A stretch of DNA of 63,556 nt, counting the filler. It is 4 parts of 4 records of this genome, joined end to end, with 100 filler letters (N's around TTAATTAATTAA, not from the genome) between each part and the next. Parts side by side here need not be neighbours in the genome. Positions count along the whole stretch, not along the records: positions 44,284 to 53,268 come from SRR22947725_2685; positions 53,369 to 63,556 come from SRR22947725_2689; 2 more parts are not named here. One strand, 5' to 3'. The notes beneath the pieces were generated by a model. The model did not search any database. It had not been told where the DNA came from and saw only the letters and a list, made by a program, of their open reading frames with translations. Below are positions 48,809-60,423 of the stretch, piece after piece. The position numbers were made by a program, and so were the translations under genes. Every line of letters starts with the position of its first letter. Within the stretch, counting starts at the first letter, position 1.

Positions 48809-49837
48809 CTAAGACTCTATTTTGCGCAGTCGTTTATAAAGATCATCGAGTTTCTTAAAGATCACTACATTGCGCTTCCACTGCCTGCTCGGCATCAATC
48901 CCGTCCCCGAACTATACCGGCCCGGGTCACTGATGGATTGGGTTACGAGACTCATCGCAGTGATTTCCACTCGATCACAAATGGTGAGGTTATCGATGAT
49001 CCCCACCGCCCCGCCAATCATACAATATCGACCAATCCTGGTGCTTCCGGCAATCGCCGTCGTACCGGATATGACAGTGTGCGCCCCGATTTTAGTGCCG
49101 TGGCCGATCTGCACTTGATTATCAATTTTCACACCGTCGCCAACCTCGGTATCGGTCAACGCGCCTCGATCAATTGTTGTGCCAGCACCAAGCTCGACCT
49201 TATCGCCAATCCTTACCCCGTAAACCTGAGGAATCTTCACCAGGCCGCCCGCTGCAGGGTCAAACTCAAAGCCGAATCCATCTGCTCCGATCACGGCATT
49301 CGCATGGATAATACAATGGCTTCCGATTTGGACCTGGTGGTACAGCACCACGTTCGAATGAATCTGAGAGCCGTCACCAATGTGCACGTTTTCGCCCACG
49401 ACCACCCCTGATCCTAGAGCCACATCGAGTCCAAGGACGGCGCCGGCGCGCACTACCGAATTCGGCCCAATCGACACGCCAAATGCGAGTTCCGCAGTTT
49501 CATCAATTTGTGCCGTTGGATGGATATCCGGCCACGCTTCGTTGACATCAAATAACGTGGCAATTCTTGCCCAAGCTAAGCGCGGTTGTTCTGCAATGAG
49601 GCCGGGCCTGGTTAGTGCTGTCGCGATTTTTGGAGAAACGACGACTGCGCCGGCTTGACAAGTCGGCAGTCGACTTAAGTATATGGCACTAAACAAAAAG
49701 GTGATATCTTCTGGCCCTGCTTCATCGAGTGCCGCAATACCGGTAATTCTAACCCGCCCATCACCGACGACTGTCAGTCCAAATTGCTCTCCAATCTCCG
49801 CTAGGGTGGTTGCCAGCAATGGGCGTTTTATCGACAA
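48809..49837 (-). CDS. lpxD: UDP-3-O-(3-hydroxymyristoyl)glucosamine N-acyltransferase
   Basis: N-terminal uridine-binding domain, hexapeptide repeats, IGADGFG, TTIDRGA and KIDNQVQIGH. Confidence 0.95.
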   Translation of the reverse strand: MSIKRPLLATTLAEIGEQFGLTVVGDGRVRITGIAALDEAGPEDITFLFSAIYLSRLPTCQAGAVVVSPKIATALTRPGLIAEQPRLAWARIATLFDVNEAWPDIHPTAQIDETAELAFGVSIGPNSVVRAGAVLGLDVALGSGVVVGENVHIGDGSQIHSNVVLYHQVQIGSHCIIHANAVIGADGFGFEFDPAAGGLVKIPQVYGVRIGDKVELGAGTTIDRGALTDTEVGDGVKIDNQVQIGHGTKIGAHTVISGTTAIAGSTRIGRYCMIGGAVGIIDNLTICDRVEITAMSLVTQSISDPGRYSSGTGLMPSRQWKRNVVIFKKLDDLYKRLRKIES

Positions 49838-49842
49838 GCCTC

Positions 49843-50367
49843 TTACTGAGCCGTTGCAGCTTGATTCAACTTCTCGGTCACTTTACGCGTGACATCATAG
49901 AGGTCACCAACATATAAAGCCGCTGCGCGAGGTAAAATCATATCGTAGTCGTTTTCTAAAACGAGGTCCTCAATTGCCTTACGTACCTTTTCTTCGGTAC
50001 CGATAAACAGCTCACCCTGACGGGCAGCCACTTCTTTTTGGAGCTTTTGACGCTGATAGACAAAGTCATTATTGAGTGACTCGATCTCTTGCTGGACTCG
50101 ACGCTTTTCGTCATCACTCATCACATCTGCATCTTTTTGCATTTTTTGCAAAAGCTCAGCCGCTTCAGTTTGAATCTTCTTAATGGTGTCTTCGTCTGTT
50201 TTGAACTCTTCCTGCAGCTGCCGCAGCAATTTCTGAGCGGCTTCGGATCCGGCGACGGCTCGATCAACATCAACCACGGCTATCTTCATTTCTGCCTGAA
50301 CGGAAAGCGAACCGAACGCGGTCGCCGTTAATACTAAAACCAGGCTCATTAATTTGTTAAATCGCAC
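49843..50367 (-). CDS. skp: Periplasmic chaperone Skp/OmpH
   Basis: GTG after AAGGAG, signal peptide, KIAVVD, coiled coils and DVT.KV. Confidence 0.9.
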   Translation of the reverse strand: MRFNKLMSLVLVLTATAFGSLSVQAEMKIAVVDVDRAVAGSEAAQKLLRQLQEEFKTDEDTIKKIQTEAAELLQKMQKDADVMSDDEKRRVQQEIESLNNDFVYQRQKLQKEVAARQGELFIGTEEKVRKAIEDLVLENDYDMILPRAAALYVGDLYDVTRKVTEKLNQAATAQ

Positions 50368-50535
50368 AACGCATCTCCTTCGCACAACTGATTTCATCAG
50401 CGCTTTTTCCAAAATTCTGACCCAAAACACCAGGCCAGGTTGATTGCACCCCTTCCAAAAATACCCGGATACCCCTCGGGGCGCAGATATTGTCATACCC
50501 TGAAGCGGGATTCAAATTATTAGACTACGGCGTGT

Positions 50536-52878
50536 TTAAAAAGTTCGCCCCAATTCGAACTGGAATGACTCACCCTCATCCCCATCCCGCCGGTTAAAGG
50601 GATAAGAGATCGCAAAACTAATGGGTGCGAACCCGGTTATCCAAGTCACTGAAAAGCCCGCGGAATACCGCAGCTCGCCGTCTGACGGACTAAGGCAATA
50701 GACGGAAATTTCAGGGCAATTGGTGTTGAAAACATTACCTGCATCAATGAACATCGCCGACTTTAACTGGCGCTGATCCTCAACAAACGGTAATGGAAAC
50801 AGTATCTCAGCACTGGTCTCAATCAAGACATTACCCCCCAAAGGATCGGGCTCGCCATATTGGTCATTTGGTGATCGCGTGGTGCGGGGACCAAGCGTAT
50901 TACTCTCGTAGCCTCGAACCGATCCCATACCGCCCGCATAGAAATGCTTATAAAACGGATAGGTTTCGGTACTGCCAAACGTGCCGCCATAACCCAGATC
51001 GGTTCTAAGCCTGAGCGTAAACAGTTTCGTCAGCGGAAAGAAGATCTGCCCAGAATAATTGATCCGATAGAATTCGAGCTGACTGCCCGGCACGGTTGCT
51101 TCGAACGACAAGGTTTGAGCACGCCCTGCCGTTGGCAGAAGGCCTCGATTCAAAGCTGACATCGTGTAGGCGGCTGAAACGGTTACCAGCGAAAAGTCGT
51201 TCCCTTCCTTTGATAGGAATCGAGAGATTTCTTGGGAGGGGAAAATACCTTCTTTGATGTTGGTATTTTCGGCACCCACTGAAAAGTTGATCCTCGATAT
51301 CTCATTAATCGGGTAACCGAAATTAACCGTCGCGCCTAAGGAGTCTGTTGAGAAGCGTGCAATGTTTCGTTCGTCATAGGATGTGCTGCGATAAAAAATT
51401 GAGTAGCCCCGACTCACACCATCCACCGTGAAATACGGATCGAAAAAAGACAAGTTATAGGCCGTTTGATAGGAGCTGCGGTTTACAGACACGTTAAACG
51501 AGTTCCCCGAGCCGAACACATTGGACTCCTGATAGGATAACCCCAGTATGGCGCCAAAATCCTGGGCATAACCAAAGGTTGCTGAAATTGCGCCGGACGG
51601 TTGTTCTTCTACGGTGTATTCGACATCGATCTGGTCTTCAACGCCAGCAACTGCTGGCGTTTCAACGTTGACTTCTTTAAAGAAACCAAGCCGCTCAAGC
51701 CGGACTTTCGAGGCTTCAATATAAGCATTCGAGGCCCAGCCTCCTTCCATTTGACGGAGTTCTCGTCGCAACACTTCGTCCTGGGTTAAGGTGTTTCCCC
51801 GGAACGAAATTCGGCGAACATACGCCCGGTTGCCTGCGTCCACAAAGAATCGAACTACAACCGTCTCACCGTCTTCAGATAAGGCTGGGTTACCCGTTGC
51901 ACTCGAAAAGGTGTAGCCGGCATTGCCCAAAATCATCTCAATGCGCTCTTCCGAGGCGGTCATGAGCTCTCTTGAATAAATCTGACCTTCCCGCGATAAG
52001 ATTAGTTGTCGAATAGACGCTTCCGGAATATCTCGGAGTTCGCCAGAAATCTCGACGCGCCCCACCTTAAATTGTTGACCTTCGTCGACATTAATCGTGA
52101 TGTACACATCTTCCATATTGGGCGCAATGGCCACTTGGGTCGACTCGACCGCAAAATTCAAATAGCCCCGGTCCAGGTAATAAGACTCAAGGTTTTCTAA
52201 ATCGCCTTTCAGTTTTTCACGGGAATATTGAGCATCTTTTGTATAGAACGACAACAAACTCGGGAGCTGCAACTCGAACAGCTCTCTTAAGGTTGCATCA
52301 TCGAAAACCCGATTGCCCACGATATTGATGTGCCGAATACCGGACACACTGCCCTCATCGACTTCAATCTTAATCCCCACTCGATTACGCGGCAGGTTTT
52401 CAACTTCGGTTGAAATTTTGGCGTCATACCGACCTTGGATGACATATTGCCTTTCAAGTTCGGCGCCCATTTGATCCAGGGTGACTTTTTTGAAAATTTC
52501 ACCCTCAGACAAACCCGCGCCACTTAATCCCTCGAGCAAGGCCTCACTTTTAATCGCCTTATTGCCGTCGATTTCAATCATTTCGATCGTGGGCCGCTCG
52601 CTGACAATAATCAGCAGTACGTTGCCATCGCGGCCAACTTTAACGTCATCAAAATTTTCGGTTCGGAACAACGCGCGAATGATCTGCCGAAGCCCGTCGT
52701 CATCCACCTCATCGCCAACATTAAAAGGAATCGCGCCAAACACCGCGCCCGCACCAATGCGCTGCAACCCTTCCACCCGGACATCGGTGATCACAAAGGC
52801 CTGAGCCTGAATCACACCACACAACAACAAGGCGAAGGTGCCCAAACGAACAAGAGATTTCAACGCAGCGATCTTCAC
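50536..52878 (-). CDS. bamA: Outer membrane protein assembly factor BamA
   Basis: POTRA repeats (VEGLQR, YLDRGY), VRGY motif and C-terminal FQFELGRTF. Start codon approximate. Confidence 0.95.
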   Translation of the reverse strand: MKIAALKSLVRLGTFALLLCGVIQAQAFVITDVRVEGLQRIGAGAVFGAIPFNVGDEVDDDGLRQIIRALFRTENFDDVKVGRDGNVLLIIVSERPTIEMIEIDGNKAIKSEALLEGLSGAGLSEGEIFKKVTLDQMGAELERQYVIQGRYDAKISTEVENLPRNRVGIKIEVDEGSVSGIRHINIVGNRVFDDATLRELFELQLPSLLSFYTKDAQYSREKLKGDLENLESYYLDRGYLNFAVESTQVAIAPNMEDVYITINVDEGQQFKVGRVEISGELRDIPEASIRQLILSREGQIYSRELMTASEERIEMILGNAGYTFSSATGNPALSEDGETVVVRFFVDAGNRAYVRRISFRGNTLTQDEVLRRELRQMEGGWASNAYIEASKVRLERLGFFKEVNVETPAVAGVEDQIDVEYTVEEQPSGAISATFGYAQDFGAILGLSYQESNVFGSGNSFNVSVNRSSYQTAYNLSFFDPYFTVDGVSRGYSIFYRSTSYDERNIARFSTDSLGATVNFGYPINEISRINFSVGAENTNIKEGIFPSQEISRFLSKEGNDFSLVTVSAAYTMSALNRGLLPTAGRAQTLSFEATVPGSQLEFYRINYSGQIFFPLTKLFTLRLRTDLGYGGTFGSTETYPFYKHFYAGGMGSVRGYESNTLGPRTTRSPNDQYGEPDPLGGNVLIETSAEILFPLPFVEDQRQLKSAMFIDAGNVFNTNCPEISVYCLSPSDGELRYSAGFSVTWITGFAPISFAISYPFNRRDGDEGESFQFELGRTF

Positions 52879-52888
52879 AGGAGCCCAA

Positions 52889-53268
52889 TCATAATCTGAG
52901 CAAATCATTATAGAAGGCTAGCATCATGATTCCTACAAGAAAGACCATACCAATTTGTAATCCCCAAGTTTGTATCTGCTCAGAAACCGGCTTACCGGTA
53001 ACGCCTTCAATCAAAAAGTACAAGAGATGTCCGCCATCGAGCATCGGAATGGGTAATAAATTCAGCACGCCCAAACTAATGCTCACTAACGCAATAAATC
53101 CCAGAAAGCTCTCTAGCCCATTACCCGCCGTTTGATTCGCGATTTTCGCGATGGTGATCGGCCCGGAAAGGTTGCTCGTTGAAACCAAACCCTGAACCAT
53201 TTTGCCGATGCTTTCAAAGGTAAACCGAGTCATCTCAAAGGTCTTATTAAGGGCGGGTAACCAAGCCG
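52889..53268 (-). CDS. rseP: Intramembrane metalloprotease RseP, C-terminal part
   Basis: LSGPITIA, NLLPIPMLDGGH and FYNDL motifs, upstream of bamA. Confidence 0.92.
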
Positions 53269-53368
53269 NNNNNNNNNNNNNNNNNNNNNNNNNNNNNNNN
53301 NNNNNNNNNNNNTTAATTAATTAANNNNNNNNNNNNNNNNNNNNNNNNNNNNNNNNNNNNNNNNNNNN
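53269..53368. other. Artificial contig linker
   Basis: 44 N + TTAATTAATTAA + 44 N. Confidence 0.97.
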
Positions 53369-54060
53369 TTTTTCCTCCTCTAGCTTACGTTTCTCTTCTG
53401 CTTCTTTAACTTTTTGCTCTTCTAACTTACGCTTTTCTTCTTCTAGCTTACGTTTTTCCTCAGCTTCTTTGGCTTTGGCCTCTTCTGACTTTCTCTTCTC
53501 TTCAGCTTTCTTAACTTGTTTAGCAACTTCTTGAGCTAGAATCTCAGCTTCCTTAGCTTTCTCTTCAGCCTGCTTTTCAGCCTCCTTCACAGCATCTTTT
53601 GCCTTGAGTTCTTCCTCTATTCGCTTCTCTTCAGCCTGCTTAGCAAGAATCTCAGCTTCTTTTGCAAGAATTTCAGCTTCTTGAGCTTCTTTCGTAGCTT
53701 CTTTCGCAAGTAACTCGGCTTCCTTTGTTTTTGCTTCTTCAGCTTTACGTTTCAACTCAGCAAGTTTTGTTTTGACCTCTTCAGCTTTTCGAAGTGCTTC
53801 AGCTGCTGCCTTTTGTTTTTCAGCTTCTAAGACCTGAATTTCAGCTTCCTTCGTTTTAGCCTCTTCTACAACCCTTTTCGCAGCTGCCTCTTTAGCTTTT
53901 TTCTCTTCAAGTTTTACTTTTGTTTCAGCTTCAGCAACTTTTTCGACAGCCTTGGATGCTAATTGTTCAGCCTCTTTTGCTTTAGCTTCTTCAGCCTTCC
54001 TCTTAACCTCTGCAAAAACTTTTTGCGCCTTCGCTTTTAAGGCTTCTTGCTCTGCAACTT
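53369..54060 (-). repeat. Degenerate coding repeats in the TolA helical domain
   Basis: Recurring units KRKAEEAK.KEAE, EAEILAK (tandem) and EEKRKLEE. Confidence 0.7.
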
Positions 54061-54553
54061 TTTGATCTTTTTTAGCAGTTTCAGAACGCTTTTCCTCATT
54101 TTTAAGCTTTTTTTGCTTCTGTTTTTCAACATCCTTTAAGCGATCTTGCTCAGCCTCAATAATCTCCATATCAATCATCACAGCTTGAACAGGGGCTGCT
54201 TGAGATACCGTAGTTGCTTGAGGTGTATCCCATTTCTCAACGTTAGCATAAAGAAGCCCAAACAGAAGTGACGCATGCAAAATGACTGCAGCCCAAAATG
54301 CAATCGGATGTTTTTTTGAGATCTTAATCATCGGCTGCATCATCGTATTGATGAGACTTAAGACAAATAATAAAAGCCTTTTAAGATAACTGTATAAAAA
54401 GGCAGATACTTGTTTTGATACTTTTAGAAACTTAGATTCACCTGAAGTCTCAATTTCTTCTGAAGCTACAGCTACATTTTTTTGAGATGCAGACTCAGCC
54501 TTTTTAGAAAACAGGTCTCTAATAGAGCTGACAATCTTTTTCACAAAATTCAT
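53369..54553 (-). CDS. tolA: TolA, 3'-truncated by the gap
   Basis: Follows tolQR. TM helix AVILHASLLFGLL with the conserved His, then a long K/A/E-rich helical domain. Confidence 0.85.
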
Positions 54554-54566
54554 AAATATAAATCAG

Positions 54567-55019
54567 TTAATTTGGGTTTTCGGTCATAAAGCCGACCTTA
54601 TCAATCTTGCTATACTGCTTTAATATGGCAATGATCTCAATGACTTTTTCATATTCAACTTTTTTGTCTCCCCTAACAAATACCTGCATATCAGGAAAAA
54701 TCTCTTTACGAGCAAGAATTTGATTTATAGCAACATTTAATGAGACTGGCTCTAGATCTTCAATTTCATCAACACCAGGACTGGTCATTGGATTAATAAA
54801 GTAATTACCATCAACATCCACTGAAATTATGGATGGCTGCTGATCTTGGTAGTCAACAACATTGGCTGGCGCACTAGGCAAGTCAACCTCAACTCCCTGC
54901 TCAATAATAGGTGTAGTCATCATAAAGATAACTAGCAAGACCAGCATTACATCAATATAAGGAACAATATTGATATCTGCATGAATATCGGGTCTTGAAC
55001 GCTTTGGAAGTTCGATCAT
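54567..55019 (-). CDS. tolR: TolR
   Basis: INIVPYIDVMLVLLVIFM, VDLP and RGDK.V.Y motifs. Confidence 0.92.
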   Translation of the reverse strand: MIELPKRSRPDIHADINIVPYIDVMLVLLVIFMMTTPIIEQGVEVDLPSAPANVVDYQDQQPSIISVDVDGNYFINPMTSPGVDEIEDLEPVSLNVAINQILARKEIFPDMQVFVRGDKKVEYEKVIEIIAILKQYSKIDKVGFMTENPN

Positions 55020-55687
55020 TTTTGTCTCTGAAGAATAACAAATATCTCTTCAACAAAAGCGGTGTATTTGTTACCAATCTCCTCTACTTGCGACACTAAT
55101 CTATTATAGGCAATGGTAGCGGGTATTGCAGCAAATAAGCCGAAAGCTGTTGCAATAAGAGCCTCAGCAATACCTGGTGCAACAACTGCAATGGTCGCTT
55201 GCTTAACTGAAGCAAGACCAATAAAGGAGTGCATAATTCCCCAGACAGTTCCAAAGAGACCAATATATGGACTCGAAGATGCAATCATAGCAAGGATAGA
55301 CAAACTTGAGTCAAGTCGATCAATCTCATTGCTTGCAGAAGTATTCATTGCCCTGTAAGCCCGCTCAGAATTCATTATCAGTGACTGATTTGAAGTAGAT
55401 TTCGAATGAGTAAATTCTTTGTAGCCTGAACCAAAAATATCTTCCATTGCACTCCAATCAGAGGCAAGTTTAGGGAGGTTTTTATATAAATCTGGGAGCT
55501 TTTCATTTCTCTCAAACTCTTCATGGAAGGTCTCAATATCATTTGAAGCATCCATCAAAATCTTCTTCTTGGACATAATAACTGTCCAGGAGTAGATCGA
55601 CATTAAAACCAAAATAATCATCACTAGCTGAACGACAAGTCCCGCATTAAAGATTAAACTGACGATTGATAAACTATTTTCTTCCAT
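55016..55687 (-). CDS. tolQ: TolQ
   Basis: SPYIGLFGTVWGIMHSF and VAPGIAEALIATA.GLFAAIPA motifs. Confidence 0.95.
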   Translation of the reverse strand: MEENSLSIVSLIFNAGLVVQLVMIILVLMSIYSWTVIMSKKKILMDASNDIETFHEEFERNEKLPDLYKNLPKLASDWSAMEDIFGSGYKEFTHSKSTSNQSLIMNSERAYRAMNTSASNEIDRLDSSLSILAMIASSSPYIGLFGTVWGIMHSFIGLASVKQATIAVVAPGIAEALIATAFGLFAAIPATIAYNRLVSQVEEIGNKYTAFVEEIFVILQRQK

Positions 55688-56078
55688 TAAGTTTCTCCAA
55701 GATTTCTTGCGGAAAAGCGCAAGGTTTTAAATTATTTTTCATTACAGAAACAACCTTGACTTCTGCTTTAAATAATACCGTATTTTTCTCTATATTCAGA
55801 ATTTTCTGAGCAAAAACAAGGCTTGCATTTTTAATTAAATCAATGCTCGTTTGAACCTCAATAACATCATCTAGATAAGCAGGCGATAGATAATCTGCAC
55901 TCACCGACTTAACAACAAAAACCATACCATGTTGTTTTGCCAGAGAGCCCTGCTCAAAGCCTAGATTCCTGAGGTATTCAGTTCTTCCTCTTTCAATATA
56001 TTTCAGATAGTTGGCATAAAACACAACCCCGCCAGCATCTGTATCTTCGTAATAAACTCTAATCCTTTGTTGATTCAT
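55674..56078 (-). CDS. ybgC: Tol-pal-associated acyl-CoA thioesterase
   Basis: [25 protein letters not shown] motif. Confidence 0.92.
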   Translation of the reverse strand: MNQQRIRVYYEDTDAGGVVFYANYLKYIERGRTEYLRNLGFEQGSLAKQHGMVFVVKSVSADYLSPAYLDDVIEVQTSIDLIKNASLVFAQKILNIEKNTVLFKAEVKVVSVMKNNLKPCAFPQEILEKLNGRK

Positions 56079-57103
56079 TTACCAAATAAATCTTGTGATT
56101 GCGCCTCTCTAACTTCACCCAAATGAGAAAAAGCAAGATCTGTAGCAATTCTTCCTCTTGGGGTTCGCATTATAAAACCCTGCTGAAGGAGGTATGGCTC
56201 TATCATATCTTCCAAAGTTGTTCTTTCTTCTCCCAAGGCAGTCGCCAAAGTATCTAAACCTACTGGGCCTGCTGAGAATTTATTAATGATCAAACTGAGG
56301 TAATCTCTATCGAGCTGCTCAAGGCCTGCCTCGTCAACCTTAAGGGTTTCAAGCGCCTCCTTTGCAATATCTACATTGATGATTCCTTTTGTTTTAACGT
56401 CTGCAAAATCGCGAACCCTTCTAAGAAGACGGTTTGCAATTCGAGGAGTTCCTCTAGAACGTTTTGCAATTTCTTTTGATCCGTGTTTTTCAATTGTAAT
56501 ATTTAGAATGGAGGCAGATCTTTCTATAATTTCCTGCAGCTCATTCAGCTTATAAAAAGAAAGTCTATGGACAATACCAAATCTATCCCTTAAAGGAGAG
56601 GTTAGCATTCCAGCTCTAGTTGTTGCCCCTATAAGGGTGAATGGAGGTAATTCGAGCTGTACTGAGTGAGCAGCAACTCCTTCACCAACCAAGATATCTA
56701 ATTTGAAATCCTCAAGAGCAGGATACAAGATTTCTTCAACAACAGGATTCAGCCTGTGTATTTCATCAATAAAGAGGATATCAAATGGCTCTAGTTTTGT
56801 GAGTATTGCAGCCAGGTCACCTGAGCGCTCAAGAACAGGCCCTGAAGTTTGTTTAATACCTGCACCCATCTGATTGGCAATGACATTCGCTAGGGTTGTT
56901 TTTCCAAGCCCAGGAGGCCCATAAATAAGGCAATGGTCAAGAACGTCTGAACGAGATTTTGCAGCTTTGATGAATAATGACATTTGTGATTTAACATCTT
57001 CTTGACCAATATAATCTGCAAAAGAATTAGGACGCACAGAGGCAGTCTTGAGATCTTCATTTGATTGATTTTCACCACCAATCAATCTGTCCTCTTCAAT
57101 CAT
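56075..57103 (-). CDS. ruvB: Holliday junction branch migration helicase RuvB
   Basis: [47 protein letters not shown] and RTPRGR motifs. Confidence 0.97.
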   Translation of the reverse strand: MIEEDRLIGGENQSNEDLKTASVRPNSFADYIGQEDVKSQMSLFIKAAKSRSDVLDHCLIYGPPGLGKTTLANVIANQMGAGIKQTSGPVLERSGDLAAILTKLEPFDILFIDEIHRLNPVVEEILYPALEDFKLDILVGEGVAAHSVQLELPPFTLIGATTRAGMLTSPLRDRFGIVHRLSFYKLNELQEIIERSASILNITIEKHGSKEIAKRSRGTPRIANRLLRRVRDFADVKTKGIINVDIAKEALETLKVDEAGLEQLDRDYLSLIINKFSAGPVGLDTLATALGEERTTLEDMIEPYLLQQGFIMRTPRGRIATDLAFSHLGEVREAQSQDLFGK

Positions 57104-57262
57104 GCACAATATTTTATTAAAAGATTATTATTTGTATTTTAGACCAATCAATAACTTGGATTATTGTTTATATAAAACTAGAAATAGATCTTGAGTCATA
57201 TATTGGATTGAAATTAAAATGAAAGGTATAATTAACGGATTAACTTATTATCATTTTTTTCA

Positions 57263-58531
57263 ATGTCAAATATTGCGGTACTGAGTGTAAATCATCAATT
57301 GGCTCCAGTTGAAATCAGGGAAAAAGTAGCGTTTGCTCAAAATGAATTGCATTCAGCTATATCCAGATTATTAGCTGTTCAAGACATCAAAGCATGTGTA
57401 ATTTTCTCTACTTGTAATAGATCAGAGATTTATGTTTCTCATTCATCAAAAAATATTCGTGAAGTCTTAATTCAATATATGGCTTCAACCCATGCTATTG
57501 ATCAATTATCTCTTGAACAATATATTTCCTTTTACGAATCTAATGAGGCAATAGAACATACTTGTAAAGTGGCTTGTGGTTTAGAGTCTTTAGTTTTAGG
57601 AGAACCACAAATTTTTGGCCAACTCAAAGAGGCTTATCACTTTTCAAAGACGCAAGGTGCATTAGATAAGATTTTGGAAAAACTTTTTCAACACGTATTC
57701 AAGACGGCCAAAAAAGTTAGGACAGATACAAATATTGGATCATCTCCAATTTCAGTTGCCTATTGTGCGGTTAAGCTCAGTGAAAAAATATTTACAACTC
57801 TCGAAAATCAAACAGTGTTATTAATTGGTGCAGGTGAGATGATTGAATTGAGCGCTCAGCATCTCAGTAAAAAGGGCGTCAAGGATATGATTTTTGCAAA
57901 TAGAACACTCGAAAATGCTCAGCCTATTGCACTTAAACATAATGCCGAAGCAATCACTCTAAAAAGTTTGTCCGAAAATCTTCATAGAGCTGATATTGTC
58001 ATCACTTCAACTGCAGCACCTATTCCAATTATTGGTAAGGGCCTCATAGAAACCGTTCTTCATCAAAGAAAACATCAACCAATGCTTCTGATCGATCTTG
58101 CCATTCCAAGAGACATCGAGCCTGAAGCAAATCAACTAGAAGACGTCTTTCTTTACACTGTTGACGACTTACAACAAATTGCAAATAGCAATCTTGAAGA
58201 GAGACTCAAGGAGAAAGTAATTGCAGAAAAAATAATCCAAATAAGAAGTGTTGATTTCCTTGAGTGGATTAATAATATTCCTAATGAAGAGGTTATTAAA
58301 AACTATAGAAGTCAAGCGAACTTACTTAAAGACGAGCTCCTTCAAATTGCACTGAGAAAACTGAAGTTCGGATCTAGTCCAGATTTAGTTGTTGAAGAGC
58401 TTGCTGACAAGCTAACAAATAAACTCCTTCATCAGTCTCTAGAAAATATAAAAAAACCAGCTAAATCTAAAGAAACTTCAGAAAACGTAGTTGGTAAAGA
58501 TTCTAAAAAGCATACCAAGATCGGAAACTAA
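57263..58531 (+). CDS. hemA: Glutamyl-tRNA reductase
   Basis: [27 protein letters not shown] and [10 protein letters not shown] motifs. Confidence 0.95.
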   Translation: MSNIAVLSVNHQLAPVEIREKVAFAQNELHSAISRLLAVQDIKACVIFSTCNRSEIYVSHSSKNIREVLIQYMASTHAIDQLSLEQYISFYESNEAIEHTCKVACGLESLVLGEPQIFGQLKEAYHFSKTQGALDKILEKLFQHVFKTAKKVRTDTNIGSSPISVAYCAVKLSEKIFTTLENQTVLLIGAGEMIELSAQHLSKKGVKDMIFANRTLENAQPIALKHNAEAITLKSLSENLHRADIVITSTAAPIPIIGKGLIETVLHQRKHQPMLLIDLAIPRDIEPEANQLEDVFLYTVDDLQQIANSNLEERLKEKVIAEKIIQIRSVDFLEWINNIPNEEVIKNYRSQANLLKDELLQIALRKLKFGSSPDLVVEELADKLTNKLLHQSLENIKKPAKSKETSENVVGKDSKKHTKIGN

Positions 58532-59619
58532 TGAACCAATCTATCCTTGCTAAGTTAGAGCAGTTGTCAATGCGCCTTGAAGAAATCAATGCGCTTCTAT
58601 CGGATCAGTCAATTGCCTCCGACCAAAATAAATTTAGAGAGCTTTCAATTGAACACTCTCAGTTATCTCCCGTTAATGAAAAGTATGAGGAGTATTTATC
58701 AACCGTTGATGACATAAACGTGGCAGAAAAACTGCTTAAAGAGGAAGATAACGACATCAAAGAAATGGCTGAGGAAGAAATTCTTTCTGGTCAAAAAACT
58801 TTAGAGCAACTCGAACTTGACCTTAAAAAGGCTCTTCTCCCAAAAGACCCTAATGACTCTAGAAATATTATTATAGAAATCAGGGCTGGAACAGGTGGCG
58901 ATGAAGCCAGTATTTTCTCTGGTGATCTTTACAGAATGTACACTCGCTATGTTGAGAAATCGAAATGGCAATTAGAGATCTTAAGCTCAAACATGGGTGA
59001 GCATGGTGGATTTAAAGAAATCATAGCAAGAATTAGTGGGACTAATGTGTACTCAAAGCTTAAATTTGAATCGGGTGCACATCGTGTTCAAAGAGTTCCA
59101 GAAACTGAATCTCAGGGCAGAGTTCATACTTCTGCTTGTACAGTCGCAGTGATGCCAGAAGTCTCAAGTATTGAAGAGGTTAATATCAATATGAATGATG
59201 TCAGAGTTGACACGTTTAGAGCCTCTGGAGCTGGGGGTCAGCATGTCAACAAAACCGATTCAGCTGTCAGAGTCACTCATATCCCAACCGGCACAGTAGT
59301 TGAGTGTCAAGATGGGCGCTCTCAGCATAAAAATAAAGCACAAGCTATGTCTGTATTAGCATCTAGAATTCTTGATGCACAGCAGCAAGAACAACAAAAA
59401 GAGCAGGCTTCACAAAGAAAAGAGCTAGTTGGAAGTGGTGACCGTTCTCAAAGGATTAGAACTTATAATTACCCCCAAGGGAGAGTCACTGATCATCGAA
59501 TTAATTTGACTCTATATAAGTTAAATGAGGTCATGGAAGGTGAACTAGAATCAATCATTGACCCATTGATCATTGAGCAGCAAACCAATCAGCTAACAGA
59601 GCTCAATGCAACGCTTTAA
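58531..59619 (+). CDS. prfA: Peptide chain release factor 1
   Basis: [16 protein letters not shown] (PxT specificity motif), GAGGQHVN and RIRTYNYPQ. Confidence 0.97.
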   Translation: MNQSILAKLEQLSMRLEEINALLSDQSIASDQNKFRELSIEHSQLSPVNEKYEEYLSTVDDINVAEKLLKEEDNDIKEMAEEEILSGQKTLEQLELDLKKALLPKDPNDSRNIIIEIRAGTGGDEASIFSGDLYRMYTRYVEKSKWQLEILSSNMGEHGGFKEIIARISGTNVYSKLKFESGAHRVQRVPETESQGRVHTSACTVAVMPEVSSIEEVNINMNDVRVDTFRASGAGGQHVNKTDSAVRVTHIPTGTVVECQDGRSQHKNKAQAMSVLASRILDAQQQEQQKEQASQRKELVGSGDRSQRIRTYNYPQGRVTDHRINLTLYKLNEVMEGELESIIDPLIIEQQTNQLTELNATL

Positions 59620-60401
59620 ATTCTTTTTGGAAAAAACTGAGCAATAAAAAAAATTACGCCTAACGTTATTACAATTGTAGGTCCTGTTGCCAAATCAAAA
59701 TCAATCGAAAAATACAGTCCCATCAGAACTGAAGAAATGGATACAATCATGGACGTTACTATCATTGCAAGGGGTGAATTTGAAAAGACTCTAGCAATAG
59801 CAGGTGGAATGATCAATAGTGATGTGATAAGAAGCACCCCAACGATTTGGACTGAAACTGAAACCGCCAAAGCTATTAAAAACATAAATAGAAGGTCGTA
59901 AAACATCTTATTAATACCTTCTGCCTTAGCAAGCTCTTCATTAAGTGTAAGTAATAATAATTTTTTCCAGTTCATTACTAAGATTGAAATGACGATCACT
60001 GCAACAGAGAATATCCAATATATATCACTTGTTGTTATAGATAAAATATCGCCAAATAGATAAGAAAAATAATCAGTATTTTGATTTCCAATGATCCCCA
60101 AAACCACAATTCCCAGCGATAGTGAAATATGAGAGAAAATCCCCAGAACAGCATCACTTGACCAAAACTCTTTTTGTTGTAATATCACGATTAGTGTTGC
60201 AAATAGACCACCAATAAAAACTAAACCAAAGTTAATACCTAGTCCAGTTACCAGGCCCAAAGCAACACCCAATAGAGCACTGTGGGAGATTGAATCAGAA
60301 AAATATGAGAGCCTCTTCCATATAACGAAACAGCCTAAAGACCCAGCAATGACCGAAACACCTATCGCTGCAACTATAGCTCTATAAATAAAATCGTCCA
60401 T
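59616..60401 (-). CDS. znuB: Zn/Mn ABC transporter permease (ZnuB-like)
   Basis: [34 protein letters not shown] and GPTIV motifs. Confidence 0.85.
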   Translation of the reverse strand: MDDFIYRAIVAAIGVSVIAGSLGCFVIWKRLSYFSDSISHSALLGVALGLVTGLGINFGLVFIGGLFATLIVILQQKEFWSSDAVLGIFSHISLSLGIVVLGIIGNQNTDYFSYLFGDILSITTSDIYWIFSVAVIVISILVMNWKKLLLLTLNEELAKAEGINKMFYDLLFMFLIALAVSVSVQIVGVLLITSLLIIPPAIARVFSNSPLAMIVTSMIVSISSVLMGLYFSIDFDLATGPTIVITLGVIFFIAQFFPKRI

Positions 60402-60423
60402 TGTCTATAAAGCCTGAATGATC

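Noticed and set aside
48770-49411. 213-aa plus-strand ORF and the many other antisense ORFs in the track
   Set aside because: They lie opposite well-supported genes (here lpxD) and have no motifs or RBS, so they are shadow ORFs.
53369-54060. Repetitive DNA as a possible CRISPR array or VNTR
   Set aside because: These are degenerate in-frame K/A/E codon repeats of the TolA helix, with no constant repeat-spacer structure.
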